Of a stretch of 60,388 nucleotides of DNA, positions 48,613 through 57,933 are shown in pieces; position 1 is the stretch's first letter; every line of letters starts with the position of its first letter. The notes beneath the pieces are model-generated. The model worked only from the letters and a program-made list of their open reading frames with translations. It was not told the DNA's origin and searched no databases. The translations under genes and the position numbers were made by a program. The stretch comes from Thermodesulfobacteriota bacterium. GTDB taxonomy: Bacteria > Desulfobacterota > Deferrimicrobia > Deferrimicrobiales > Deferrimicrobiaceae. The stretch lies in NCBI GenBank assembly GCA_040758155.1, contig JBFLWB010000140.1, positions 1 through 60,388 on the forward strand. The letters are read 5' to 3'.

Positions 48613-51107
48613 ATCTGGCCGCTCCAGGCGCGGAACAGCTCTGCATAATGGTCCGCCATCTGCAGGGCGGCCCCCCGGTCTCCGGCCTCCACCACCAGGT
48701 GGAAGTACGCCTCGTCCTGGCTCGGGTAGGCCAGCGCCCAGTCCTCTCCCTCGAACACCTTCACCCCGTCGATGAACTGGCTGGGCTTCCCCTTGGCGTG
48801 CAGCGCCAGCATGCGCATCAGGGCGCCCTTGTGCTCCCACGCGCACGGCACGTTCCGGTGGATCAGCGTGGTGGGGGGGATCTCCCGGAGGACATCGTGG
48901 ATCCTTTGCCCCCCCTCCCCGAGAAGCTCCATGATCTTCACGATGGCGTACATGCCGTCGAAGGCGGGCTGAAACCGGGGGAATATGAACCCGCCCGAGC
49001 CGTCCCCGGCAAAGACCATCCCTTCGCCGGCCGCCGTCTCCATCACCGAGCGCGGCAGTGTCCGAGTCCGGATGACGTCCATCCCGAACCGGGCGGCGAT
49101 CTTCTCGATGTTTCGAGAAGCCGTGACGGGGACGCCCACCCGTCCCTGCCTCGCCTGCCGGCATGCGAGGAGGCAGACCACCTGGAGCGCCGTCTCGTCG
49201 GAGAGCAGGTCCCCCTTCTCGTCCACGAGGAAGATCTTCTCCCCGCCGGTGTCGAGCATCACGCCGAGGTCGGCGTTCAGGGAGCGGGCGATCGCCGCGA
49301 GGTGATGGATCCCCTTGTCGAACTCCTCCCGGGTCCGCGTGATGCGCGACGCGTCGAGGATGGCGTTCAGCGCCACGGTCTCGATGCCCAGCCGTCCGAG
49401 GATCCGGGGGAAGATGACCGAGGAGGAGCCGTAGGAGTAGTCCAGGACGATGTTGTAGTGGCGGGCGGCGATCGCCGACGTGTCCACGCTCTTCAGGAAG
49501 CCGTCGACGTAGCTGTCGAATCCGCCGACCGGGAAGGTGATCACTCCCGTCTCCTCGATCTCGGCGCGGACGAAATCCTCCCGGAAGAACAGGCTCTCGA
49601 TCCCCTTCTCCGCCCCCATGGACAGGTCGAGCCCGGAGTCGTCGAAGAACTTGAGGTCCACGAAGGAAGGGTTGTACGGGCTTTTCCGGGTGTGGACGCC
49701 TCCCCGCTCGTCCCGGTGGGACCGGGAGAGGTAACGCACCACCGGCAGCGGGGTCACGCCGTAATCGTGGACGTCGACGCCGACGGAGAGCATGCCCGTC
49801 ATGATGGCGCGGTTGATCATCCGGGAGACCTTGTGGCTGTCGCGGCTGGTGGAAAGGACCACCTTCCGGCCGAACGTCGCCGCGTAGGAGGCGCCGAGCT
49901 TCGCCGCGAACTCCGGCGAGATCTCGATGTTGGCGAGGCCGACGATGCCGTAGGCGCCGAAGAGGGAGCGCGCCCATTTCTCCCCCCAGATGAGGGAGGA
50001 GGACAGGACCGCGCCGTCCTCCACGACCTTGTGGGGCCACACCTTGACGTTGGCCTTGACGACCGCGTCCGTCCCGATGCTGCAATGGTCGCTGATCACC
50101 GCGCGCTCCGCGAGGAATGCGCCGTTGCGGACCCGGGCGTCGGAGCCGACGATGTTCTCGTGGATCCGCGCCCCCTTGCCCACGGCGACCCGCGGCCAGA
50201 GCACGGAGGACTGAATCACCGAACCGTCCTCGACTACGCAGCCGTCCCCTGCGACGACGTTCTTCAGGGTGACGCCGGCGCCGACCGTGCAGTCCCTGCC
50301 CAGCAGAACGTTCTCCAGCTCGGCCGTGTAATCGACCCGGGAGTTCTCCCCGATCCAGACGGGCCTGTCGCCCGCCCGGGTTCCGTCGAAGTCGATCCGG
50401 ACCTTCCCCGCGAGGATGTCGAGGTGGACGTTCAGGTACTCGTCGAGGTTCCCCACGTCCTTCCAGTACCCTTCCGCGACGTACCCGAACAGGCGGTCCC
50501 CCCGCTGGAGCATCGTCGGGAAAAGGTTCTTGCTGAAATCGAAGTTCTTCTTGGGAGGGATGAGGGAAAGCACCTCGGGCTCGATGATGTAGATCCCCGT
50601 GTTGATGGTGTCGGAGAACACCTCCCCCCAGCCGGGCTTCTCGAGGAACCGGACGATGCGCCCGTCATCTTCCGTGATGACGATCCCGTACTGGAGCGGG
50701 TTGGGGACGCGCGTGAGGACGATGGTGACGGCCGCCTGCCGCTCCTTGTGGAACGCGACGGCGCGGGTGAGGTCGAAGTCGGTGATGATATCCGCGCTGA
50801 TCACCAGGAAGGTTTCCGTCAGGCGGGACTCGGACCCCTTGACCGCCCCGGCGGTGCCGTAATCCGCCTCGGCGGTGACGTGGTTCATCGCGACGCCCCA
50901 GGGGGAGCCGTCGCCGAAGCAGGAGCTGATCTTTTCGGGGAAGAAGTACAGGAGCACCTCGAGGTCGCGGATCCCCTGCTTCGCGAGGAGGCGGACGACG
51001 TGCTCCATCATCGGGCGGTTCGCCACGAACGCCATCGGTTTCGGAAGCTTCTCGGTGAGCGGCCGAAGCCTCGTGCCGAAGCCTCCCGCCATCACGACCG
51101 CCTTCAT
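48609..51107 (-). CDS. Fusion protein: sugar-1-phosphate nucleotidyltransferase + left-handed beta-helix + phosphomannomutase/phosphoglucomutase
   Basis: 832 aa. N-terminal MAGGFGTRLRPLT, hexapeptide repeats in the middle, and a PGM/PMM four-domain C-terminal half. Confidence 0.88.
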   Translation of the reverse strand: MKAVVMAGGFGTRLRPLTEKLPKPMAFVANRPMMEHVVRLLAKQGIRDLEVLLYFFPEKISSCFGDGSPWGVAMNHVTAEADYGTAGAVKGSESRLTETFLVISADIITDFDLTRAVAFHKERQAAVTIVLTRVPNPLQYGIVITEDDGRIVRFLEKPGWGEVFSDTINTGIYIIEPEVLSLIPPKKNFDFSKNLFPTMLQRGDRLFGYVAEGYWKDVGNLDEYLNVHLDILAGKVRIDFDGTRAGDRPVWIGENSRVDYTAELENVLLGRDCTVGAGVTLKNVVAGDGCVVEDGSVIQSSVLWPRVAVGKGARIHENIVGSDARVRNGAFLAERAVISDHCSIGTDAVVKANVKVWPHKVVEDGAVLSSSLIWGEKWARSLFGAYGIVGLANIEISPEFAAKLGASYAATFGRKVVLSTSRDSHKVSRMINRAIMTGMLSVGVDVHDYGVTPLPVVRYLSRSHRDERGGVHTRKSPYNPSFVDLKFFDDSGLDLSMGAEKGIESLFFREDFVRAEIEETGVITFPVGGFDSYVDGFLKSVDTSAIAARHYNIVLDYSYGSSSVIFPRILGRLGIETVALNAILDASRITRTREEFDKGIHHLAAIARSLNADLGVMLDTGGEKIFLVDEKGDLLSDETALQVVCLLACRQARQGRVGVPVTASRNIEKIAARFGMDVIRTRTLPRSVMETAAGEGMVFAGDGSGGFIFPRFQPAFDGMYAIVKIMELLGEGGQRIHDVLREIPPTTLIHRNVPCAWEHKGALMRMLALHAKGKPSQFIDGVKVFEGEDWALAYPSQDEAYFHLVVEAGDRGAALQMADHYAELFRAWSGQI

Positions 51108-51140
51108 GCGCCGTCCTCCCCGGGAGATGTCTGCGACGAC

Positions 51141-51806
51141 TTACAGGAAACGGATGAGACGCGTCACGCCGAGATAGCCGAAAGACAGGGCGAAGAACGC
51201 GATGAACGCGGCGCAGGCGCAGACGACGGCGCGGTACGCCCGGTCGGTGAACCATCCCCTGCCGGCCGAGACCGCCGTCCCGACGAAGAGATACCATGCC
51301 GCGTCCGCGAGGATGTGCCCCGCGAAAAATGCGAGGACCCCCTCCGGGCCCCGGCCGCGTGAGAGCAGCAGGTAGCCCAGCCCGATCGTCGCCCACCAGA
51401 GGGACCAGTACGGGTTCGACACGGAGGTGACGATCCCGTCGAGGAAGGGGCGCAGACTCCCGGCAGGCGCCGCATCTCCCGCACCCGCGTTCCCCGCGTC
51501 GAGCCGCAGCGTCGCGGCTTCCCGCGCCATCCCCAGCGCCATCCGGAGGAGCATGCCGCACCCCGCCAGGGCGATCGCGATCGTCGCCGCTTCCCCGCGG
51601 ATCCATTCCGTCAGGCCGAGCAGCAGGAACAGGACCAGCGCCCCTTCGAGCGCGGCATGGCCCAGGACCAGCAGCGGCGCGGCGGAGAAGCTCCCGCGCG
51701 ACGCGTGCCGGACAGTGACGGCCAGCAGGGGGCCGGGCATCAGCGCCCCCGACAAGGCGATGATGAAGGAAGAGACGAAAATCGCTGCGGGATTGCCGAA
51801 ATCCAT
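51141..51806 (-). CDS. LysE/RhtB family amino-acid exporter
   Basis: 3' part of track ORF 51141-52292, starting at MDFGNPAAIFVSSFIIALSGALMPGPL. Six hydrophobic segments; SNPYWSLWW motif. Confidence 0.8.
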   Translation of the reverse strand: MDFGNPAAIFVSSFIIALSGALMPGPLLAVTVRHASRGSFSAAPLLVLGHAALEGALVLFLLLGLTEWIRGEAATIAIALAGCGMLLRMALGMAREAATLRLDAGNAGAGDAAPAGSLRPFLDGIVTSVSNPYWSLWWATIGLGYLLLSRGRGPEGVLAFFAGHILADAAWYLFVGTAVSAGRGWFTDRAYRAVVCACAAFIAFFALSFGYLGVTRLIRFL

Positions 51807-51863
51807 ATTAAGTTTTATAACACAAATTACCCGCGCCGAAATCGGCGCGAGGCGGGAGGACTC

Positions 51864-52277
51864 ATGGCGTTTCGCAATCCGCTCCCCACCGCCGACATGA
51901 TCATCGAGGTGGGGGACCGCATCGTCCTCGTCCGCAGGAAGAACCCTCCCGAGGGATGGGCCATCCCGGGAGGGTTCATCGAGGAAGGGGAAGCGGCGGA
52001 GTCCGCTGCCGTCCGGGAGGCCCTGGAGGAAACGGGGCTCTCCGTGGAGCTCGTCGCGCTGCTCGGCGTCTACTCCGATCCTTCGCGGGACCCGCGGTTC
52101 CACACGATCTCGACGGTCTACATCGGCAGGGCGGAAGGAAGCCCCGCCGGCGCCGACGACGCCGCGGAGGCGCGCCTGTTCGGCGAGGGGGACCTGCCCT
52201 CTCCCATCGCCTTCGACCACGCGAAGATTCTCCGCGATTACTACATTTTCAAAAAAACCGGGAAGCGACCGATGTGA
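51864..52277 (+). CDS. NUDIX hydrolase
   Basis: Internal start at MAFRNPLPTADMII (ATG 51864), preceded by GGGAGGA. Nudix box GGFIEEGEAAESAAVREALEETG. Confidence 0.85.
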   Translation: MAFRNPLPTADMIIEVGDRIVLVRRKNPPEGWAIPGGFIEEGEAAESAAVREALEETGLSVELVALLGVYSDPSRDPRFHTISTVYIGRAEGSPAGADDAAEARLFGEGDLPSPIAFDHAKILRDYYIFKKTGKRPM

Positions 52278-52280
52278 ACT

Positions 52281-52340
52281 GGCGGAGGACACACTTCCCC
52301 TTCATCCCGCGTTTGAAGCGAAGTATGTCCCCCTCTGTCG
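52281..52340. repeat. Second member of the GGGGGACA-type palindromic element family
   Basis: GGCGGAGGACACACTT - CCCCTTCATCCCGCGTTTGAAGCG - AAGTATGTCCCCCTCTG. It aligns, loop included, with the minus strand of 40364-40420. Lies between the convergent NUDIX and aminotransferase stops. Confidence 0.6.
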
Positions 52341-52348
52341 CCCGTGCC

Positions 52349-53541
52349 TTACGACAGCGCCTTGACGGCCTCCTCGATCCGGTCGATCCCCTTCTCGATG
52401 TTCTTCATCGACGTGGCGTAGGAGAGCCGCTGGCAGGCGTCGTCGCCGAACGCGACGCCGGGAACCGACGCCACCTTGTGGTCCGCCAGCAGGTAATCCG
52501 CAAAGTCGGCCGAGCCGTTGATCGTCTTGCCCGACGGCGTTTTCTTCCCGTAGCAGCCGGAGAAGTCCGGGAACACGTAGAAGGCCCCCTGCGGAAGCAG
52601 GCACCTGACGCCTGGCATCGCGTTGAGCCGCTCGACGATGTATCGGCGCCGCCGGTCGAACTCCTCGATCCACTGCTTCATGAAATCCTGCGGCCCGTTG
52701 AGCGCCTCGATGGAGGCCTTGTCGCAGAACGAAACGGGATTGCTCGTGCTCTGGGACTGGATGTTGGTCATCGCGGCGACGAGGTCCTTTTCCGCGGCGA
52801 CGTATCCGATCCTCCATCCGGTCATCGAGTGGGACTTGGACAGGCCGTTGACGAGGATCGTCCGCTTCCGGATCTCCTCGCCCAGCGACGCGATGGAGAC
52901 GAACCGGAAGCCGTCGTACACCAGCTTTTCGTAGATCTCGTCGGACAGCACCGTGATGTCGTTCTTTACGACGACCTGCGCCAGCGCCTCGAGCTCCGCC
53001 TTCGAGTAGGCGGCGCCCGTGGGGTTGGAGGGGCTGTTCAGCACGAGGAGCTTGGTCCTCGGCGTGATGGCGTTGGTGAGCTGCCCCGGGGTGATCTTGA
53101 ACCCCGTGGACTGCTTCGCCTCGACGATCACGGGGGTTGCGCCCGCCAGCAGGGCGATGTCCGGGTAGGAGACCCAGTAGGGCGCGGGGATGATCACCTC
53201 GTCCCCCTCCTCGAGGAACGCCTGGGCCACGTTGTAGATCGAATGCTTCGCCCCCACCGAAACGATGACGTTCTCCCGCTGGTACGTCAGGCCGTTGTCC
53301 CGCTTCAGCTTCGCGATGACGGCGTCCTTCAGCTCCGGGGACCCCGGGACCGGCGTGTACTTCGTGTACCCGTCGTCCAGCGCCTTCTTGGCGACGGCCT
53401 TGATGTTGTCCGGAGTGTCGAAATCCGGCTCCCCCGCCCCGAAACCGACGACGTCGATTCCCTGGGCCTTCATCTGCTTGGCCTTGTTGGTGATCGCCAG
53501 AGTCGCCGAAGGCTGGATCTTGCCGACCCTCTTCGCGAGCT

Positions 53542-53545
<4 letters not shown>
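52349..53545 (-). CDS. Class I PLP-dependent aminotransferase (aspartate aminotransferase-like)
   Basis: 3' part of track ORF 52349-55021, starting at MKLAKRVGKIQPSATLAI (ATG 53545, ATGA overlap). NSPSNPTG and the PLP lysine SKSHSMTGWR. Confidence 0.92.
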
Positions 53546-54036
<491 letters not shown>

Positions 54037-54045
54037 CCGGCCTCC

Positions 54046-54591
54046 TCAAGGGACCTCGAAAAATGAGACGCGGGTGTCTCCGTATCGTTTCTCGGAAACC
54101 CGGATCCATCCGCCCGGCGCCGGCGCCGCCTCCCTGGCGGCGCTTTCCGCGACCACGATCGCGCCGGGGTCGAGGATCCCCGCCCGGCGGATCTCCTCCC
54201 CCGCCCGCTCGAGCAGCCCCTTTCCGTAAGGGGGGTCGAGGAACACGAGGGAGAACTTCTCCCCCCCGGCCGCCAGCCTCCGCAGCGCCTTCCGGTAATC
54301 CATGGAAAGGCATGCCGCCTGCGGGGCGCCGACGGCAGCGAGGTTCGCCTTCACCGCTTCGACCGCCGGGGGGAACGATTCCACCAGCACGGCGGTTGCG
54401 GCCCCCCGGGAGAGCGCCTCGATGGCCATGGCGCCCGTCCCGGCGAACAGGTCCAGCACCCTCGACCCGACGACCCGCTCGCCCAGGACCGAGAAGACCG
54501 CCTCGCGCACCCGGTCGGTCGTCGGCCGGACCGCCATCCCGCGCGGCGCGCGCAGCGTCCTTCCCTTCCACCTTCCGGCGACGACCCGCAA
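54046..54591 (-). CDS. rsmD: 16S rRNA (guanine966-N2)-methyltransferase
   Basis: 181 aa. RPTTDRVREAVF, DLFAGTGA and FLDPPY motifs. TTG start. Confidence 0.88.
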   Translation of the reverse strand: MRVVAGRWKGRTLRAPRGMAVRPTTDRVREAVFSVLGERVVGSRVLDLFAGTGAMAIEALSRGAATAVLVESFPPAVEAVKANLAAVGAPQAACLSMDYRKALRRLAAGGEKFSLVFLDPPYGKGLLERAGEEIRRAGILDPGAIVVAESAAREAAPAPGGWIRVSEKRYGDTRVSFFEVP

Positions 54592-54658
54592 ATCCGCCCC
54601 GAACGCATCGTTTTCGGCTCATTATTGGGATTTCGGCGGCGGTCGTCAAGGCGTCCCT

Positions 54659-54921
54659 GCCCGCATTTCTCACCAGCCTCCTGCTGCGGCGGCGGATACG
54701 GGCACACCTACTGCGTTGTGCCCCTCCCGCCGGGAACGGCATGATGGTGCCGGCGTCCGGGGGTACCCCAGGGAGCGTTTCTTTCCCGGGAGTGGGGCGC
54801 TCGGTCGCGACGCCTTGTAGTGCCGCCAAGGAGGGCGGTATGCCGCGGAGGCCAGGATGGCCGGGAGCGACCCACGCCCGTCTCCACCGCCTCGCTACGG
54901 ACGCTGGTGAGAAATGCGGGC
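54659..54921. repeat. Copy 2 of the 257/302-nt hairpin-rich element with terminal inverted repeats
   Basis: Core is 54662-54918, with the same 16-nt termini as copy 1, extended by GCC/GGC. Same orientation as copy 1. Lacks the 45-nt insertion. Confidence 0.85.
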
Positions 54922-54950
54922 CGGCGACTCCTCCGCGGCCGCGTGCTACA

Positions 54951-55832
54951 ATGGCCCGGAAATCCGGCGATCCGTCCGAGGAGCTGTTGGCCGAAATCAC
55001 CGCGTTGCGCGTCGGGTGCATCCCCTACGCGAACCTCATACCCATCTTCCACGCGCTGCAGGGCTCCCGCGCCGCGGGCGAAGCCCTGTTCGTGGACGGC
55101 CACCCTTCCGAGCTGAACCTCCTGATGCGGGCGGGCGGCCTGGATCTCTCTCCGAACTCCTCCATCGAGTACGCCGTGCGCCCCGACCTGTACATCCTCT
55201 GCCCCGGGATCTCCGTCGCTTCGCGCACCCGCGTGATGAGCGTCCTCCTCCTCTCGAACGGGCCGCTCCGGCAGCTCCCTCCGGACCCGATCGCGGTGAC
55301 GGGCGCGTCCGCCACTTCGGTAGCCCTTCTCGAGATCCTGCTGGGCGAATCGCTCGGGCGCAGGAACGCCCTCGTGACCACGTCCCTTCCGCCTGCGGAA
55401 GCGCTGCGCTCCCACCCGGCGTATCTCGCCATCGGCGACGAGGCCATCCGCGCGGCCGTCGAAGGGACCGCGCCGCACGTCACCGACATGGGGGAATGGT
55501 GGACGCGGGAAACCGGGAAGCCGTTCGTCTTCTCCCTGTGGATCGCCTCCCGCGCGGCGTGGGAAGGGCAGGCAAGGGAACCGCTTTCCCGGTTCGCCGC
55601 GGCGCTGATCGACGCCAAGCGGTCCGTCCAGGAATCGATCCGCCGCGGGGAATACCCGTGGGGCGGCCCCGGATGGATCCCCGCGAAGTTCCGGGAGGAT
55701 TACTGGCGCTGCCTCTCCTACGATCTCGACGAGGAAACGGAGGGGCTCTCCCTCTTCTTCCGGCTGGCGGCGAAGTACGGGAGGATTCCCTTCGCCCCGT
55801 CCCTCCGGTTCCTTGAGCCCGGCCCGGCATAA
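54951..55832 (+). CDS. mqnA: Chorismate dehydratase (futalosine-pathway menaquinone biosynthesis)
   Basis: 3' part of track ORF 54063-55832, starting at MARKSGDPSEELLAEITALRVGCIPYANLIP. MqnA-like LRVGxIPYxNxxP and SSIEY motifs (periplasmic-binding-protein-like fold family). Confidence 0.83.
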   Translation: MARKSGDPSEELLAEITALRVGCIPYANLIPIFHALQGSRAAGEALFVDGHPSELNLLMRAGGLDLSPNSSIEYAVRPDLYILCPGISVASRTRVMSVLLLSNGPLRQLPPDPIAVTGASATSVALLEILLGESLGRRNALVTTSLPPAEALRSHPAYLAIGDEAIRAAVEGTAPHVTDMGEWWTRETGKPFVFSLWIASRAAWEGQAREPLSRFAAALIDAKRSVQESIRRGEYPWGGPGWIPAKFREDYWRCLSYDLDEETEGLSLFFRLAAKYGRIPFAPSLRFLEPGPA

Positions 55833-55874
55833 GCCATGTTAATATTCATGATGATTCCCGGAGGGAGACCGTCC

Positions 55875-56075
55875 ATGATCCGGAAGGAAATGAAGATCGA
55901 GGAGATCCTGAGGAAGTTCCCGCAGACGATCCCCGTCTTCCGGCGGTTCGGGATCGACTGCATGCAGTGCCAGCTTTCCGAGTTCGAAAACCTCGAGCAC
56001 GGCGCCAAGGTGCACGGGATCGACCTGGATGCGCTGCTGGCCGGGCTGAACGACGCGCTCGCGGCGAAGAAGTAG
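55875..56075 (+). CDS. DUF1858 small redox-disulfide domain protein
   Basis: Track ORF 55836-56075. Start placed at MIRKEMKIEEILRKFPQTIPVFRRFGIDCMQC (ATG 55875) because GGAGGGAGA precedes it. CxxC motif. Confidence 0.72.
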   Translation: MIRKEMKIEEILRKFPQTIPVFRRFGIDCMQCQLSEFENLEHGAKVHGIDLDALLAGLNDALAAKK

Positions 56076-56090
56076 CCCCGCCCCCGCCCT

Positions 56091-56471
56091 TCAGATTCCC
56101 CGGGAATACTCCGCGCGGGCGTCCTCGGACTCCCACACGGCGACGCGCGCGACCCGCACGGGCGCGGGCATCCGCTTCTCCATCTCCTCGAACAGGTGCC
56201 GGGCGAGGTTCTCCGACGACGGGTTCATCCCGTCGAAGGGGGGGACGTCGTTCAGGTACATGTGGTCGAAGCGGGCGAGCAGCTCTGCGAGCGCCGATTT
56301 GATCGCCCGGAAATCGATGGCGATCCCCTGCTCGTCCAGCACGCCGGACTCGACGGTGACCTCGACCCGCCAGTTGTGCCCGTGCAGCCGCTCGCAGTTG
56401 CCGCGGTATTCCTTCAGCCGGTGCGCGGCGGCGAACGACCCCCGGATGGTGAGCGCGTAGGTCCCGTTCAT
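56091..56471 (-). CDS. queD: 6-carboxy-5,6,7,8-tetrahydropterin synthase
   Basis: 3' part of track ORF 56091-57197, starting at MNGTYALTIRGSFAAAHRL. CERLHGHNW zinc/catalytic motif. ATGA overlap with the upstream gene. Confidence 0.9.
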   Translation of the reverse strand: MNGTYALTIRGSFAAAHRLKEYRGNCERLHGHNWRVEVTVESGVLDEQGIAIDFRAIKSALAELLARFDHMYLNDVPPFDGMNPSSENLARHLFEEMEKRMPAPVRVARVAVWESEDARAEYSRGI

Positions 56472-57112
56472 TTCTCCTCCAGCGGCGACAGCGTGATCGA
56501 GGATTTCGATGCGGCGCGGGAATACCAGTTTCGGATCTCCCGGTCGATCTTTTCCGCCAGCAGCTCCTCCCGCACCTTCCCCTCGGTCAATCCCGGCGCG
56601 GCATCCCCCTGCACGAGCCGGCGCTGGTATTCCCTGCGGACCTCGTCTTCCTTGACATCGATGAACGCGCCCACGCGCTGCTTCAGGAACTCGCGCACGA
56701 GGAGCTGCCGTTTCACCCAGTCCGAGACCTGCCGCCGGGAGATCCCCTCCCGGCAGGGAGAGGCGCACGCCTCCGTCCTGCCGGCCGCTTCCCGCGCCGC
56801 TTCCGCCAGCGCGGCGTTGTCCACCTGTCCGAGCTGGAGCTTTTCCTGCTCCTGCAGCGCCAGCGTGTCGGAGATCAACCGGTCGCGGGCCTCTCCGATG
56901 GAAAGCTCCTCCGGCCGGCTCCCGGCCATCGCCGCGCACCGCAGGAAGCATCGCTCGCGATGCACGTCGGACAGGAACAGCACCTCCTTGTTGACGATCG
57001 CCGCCGTCCCCTCGTAGACGGCATACCCGTCCAGGGCGCCCGCCGATGCGGGGAAAAGGAGCGGGAGGAGGAGCGGAAACAGGAAGGTGCGTATCGAACG
57101 GGTCGGGATCAA
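56468..57112 (-). CDS. Secreted hypothetical protein, weakly SurA-N-terminal-like, with two CxxxC pairs
   Basis: 214 aa. Signal peptide LLLPLLFPASAGA. CFLRC and CASPC pairs. Helical, charged remainder. TTG start with a TTGA overlap on the nadC stop. Confidence 0.55.
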   Translation of the reverse strand: MIPTRSIRTFLFPLLLPLLFPASAGALDGYAVYEGTAAIVNKEVLFLSDVHRERCFLRCAAMAGSRPEELSIGEARDRLISDTLALQEQEKLQLGQVDNAALAEAAREAAGRTEACASPCREGISRRQVSDWVKRQLLVREFLKQRVGAFIDVKEDEVRREYQRRLVQGDAAPGLTEGKVREELLAEKIDREIRNWYSRAASKSSITLSPLEEK

Positions 57113-57933
57113 GCGGACAGCTCGAAGGAGATGTCGAGGGCGGGAGCGGAATGCGTGATCGCCCCCACGGCGATCGCGGCGACGCCCGTCGCGGCATACT
57201 CCTCCACGTTTCCCAGGTGGATCCCTCCGGATGCCTCGAGGAAGACCTTGCCGCCGAAGCGGGCCACCGCCTCCCGGACCGTCGGGGCCTTCATGTTGTC
57301 CAGCAGGACCGCGTCAGCGCCCGCGGCCACCGCGGCCTCGACCTCTTCGAGCGTTTCCGCCTCCACCTCGATCCGGACGAGGTGATGGGCGGCCCGTCGC
57401 GCCGCGTCGACCGCCGCCCCGATCCCGCCGGCCGCCCGGATGCCGTTCTCCTTGATCAGGATGCCGTCCGACAGGGAGAACCGGTGGTTCGTACCTCCCC
57501 CGACGCGGACGGCGTATTTCTCGAGGTTGCGCAGGAGCGGGGTGGTCTTCCGCGTGTCGAGGATGCGGGTCCCGTGCGCGGCGGTCCTCCGGACAAAGAG
57601 CGACGTCGTCGTGGCCACCCCGGACAGACGCTGAAGGAAGTTGAGGGCCGTCCGCTCCGCGCGCAGGAGCGACGCAACGGGGCCGGAGGCCTCTCCGACG
57701 CGGTCCCCGGCGGCCACCCGCCGCCCCTCCGGGACGAACGAGACGACGACCGACGGATCGACCTGGCGGAACACCTCCTGCGCCACGAGACCCCCGCAGA
57801 ACACCCCGGCGCCCCGGCAGAAAAAAATCCCCGATCCGTCCCCGGAAATCGCCTCTCCGAAAGGATCTCCGAAGGGGGCGTCCTCCAGGAGGGCGTCCCG
57901 GACGATCCGGTCGTAGCGCTCCCGCGGGATCAC
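57109..57933 (-). CDS. nadC: Nicotinate-nucleotide diphosphorylase (carboxylating)
   Basis: 274 aa. ERTALNFLQRLSG, TRKT and LLDNM motifs. GTG start with a GTGA overlap on the valS stop. Confidence 0.93.
   Translation of the reverse strand: MIPRERYDRIVRDALLEDAPFGDPFGEAISGDGSGIFFCRGAGVFCGGLVAQEVFRQVDPSVVVSFVPEGRRVAAGDRVGEASGPVASLLRAERTALNFLQRLSGVATTTSLFVRRTAAHGTRILDTRKTTPLLRNLEKYAVRVGGGTNHRFSLSDGILIKENGIRAAGGIGAAVDAARRAAHHLVRIEVEAETLEEVEAAVAAGADAVLLDNMKAPTVREAVARFGGKVFLEASGGIHLGNVEEYAATGVAAIAVGAITHSAPALDISFELSA

Noticed and set aside
54063-54950. The long N-terminal extension of mqnA suggested by the track ORF 54063-55832.
   Set aside because: The extension is antisense to rsmD, runs through the repeat element and is Pro/Arg-rich. 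The MqnA homology (LRVGCIPYANLIP) starts just after ATG 54951.
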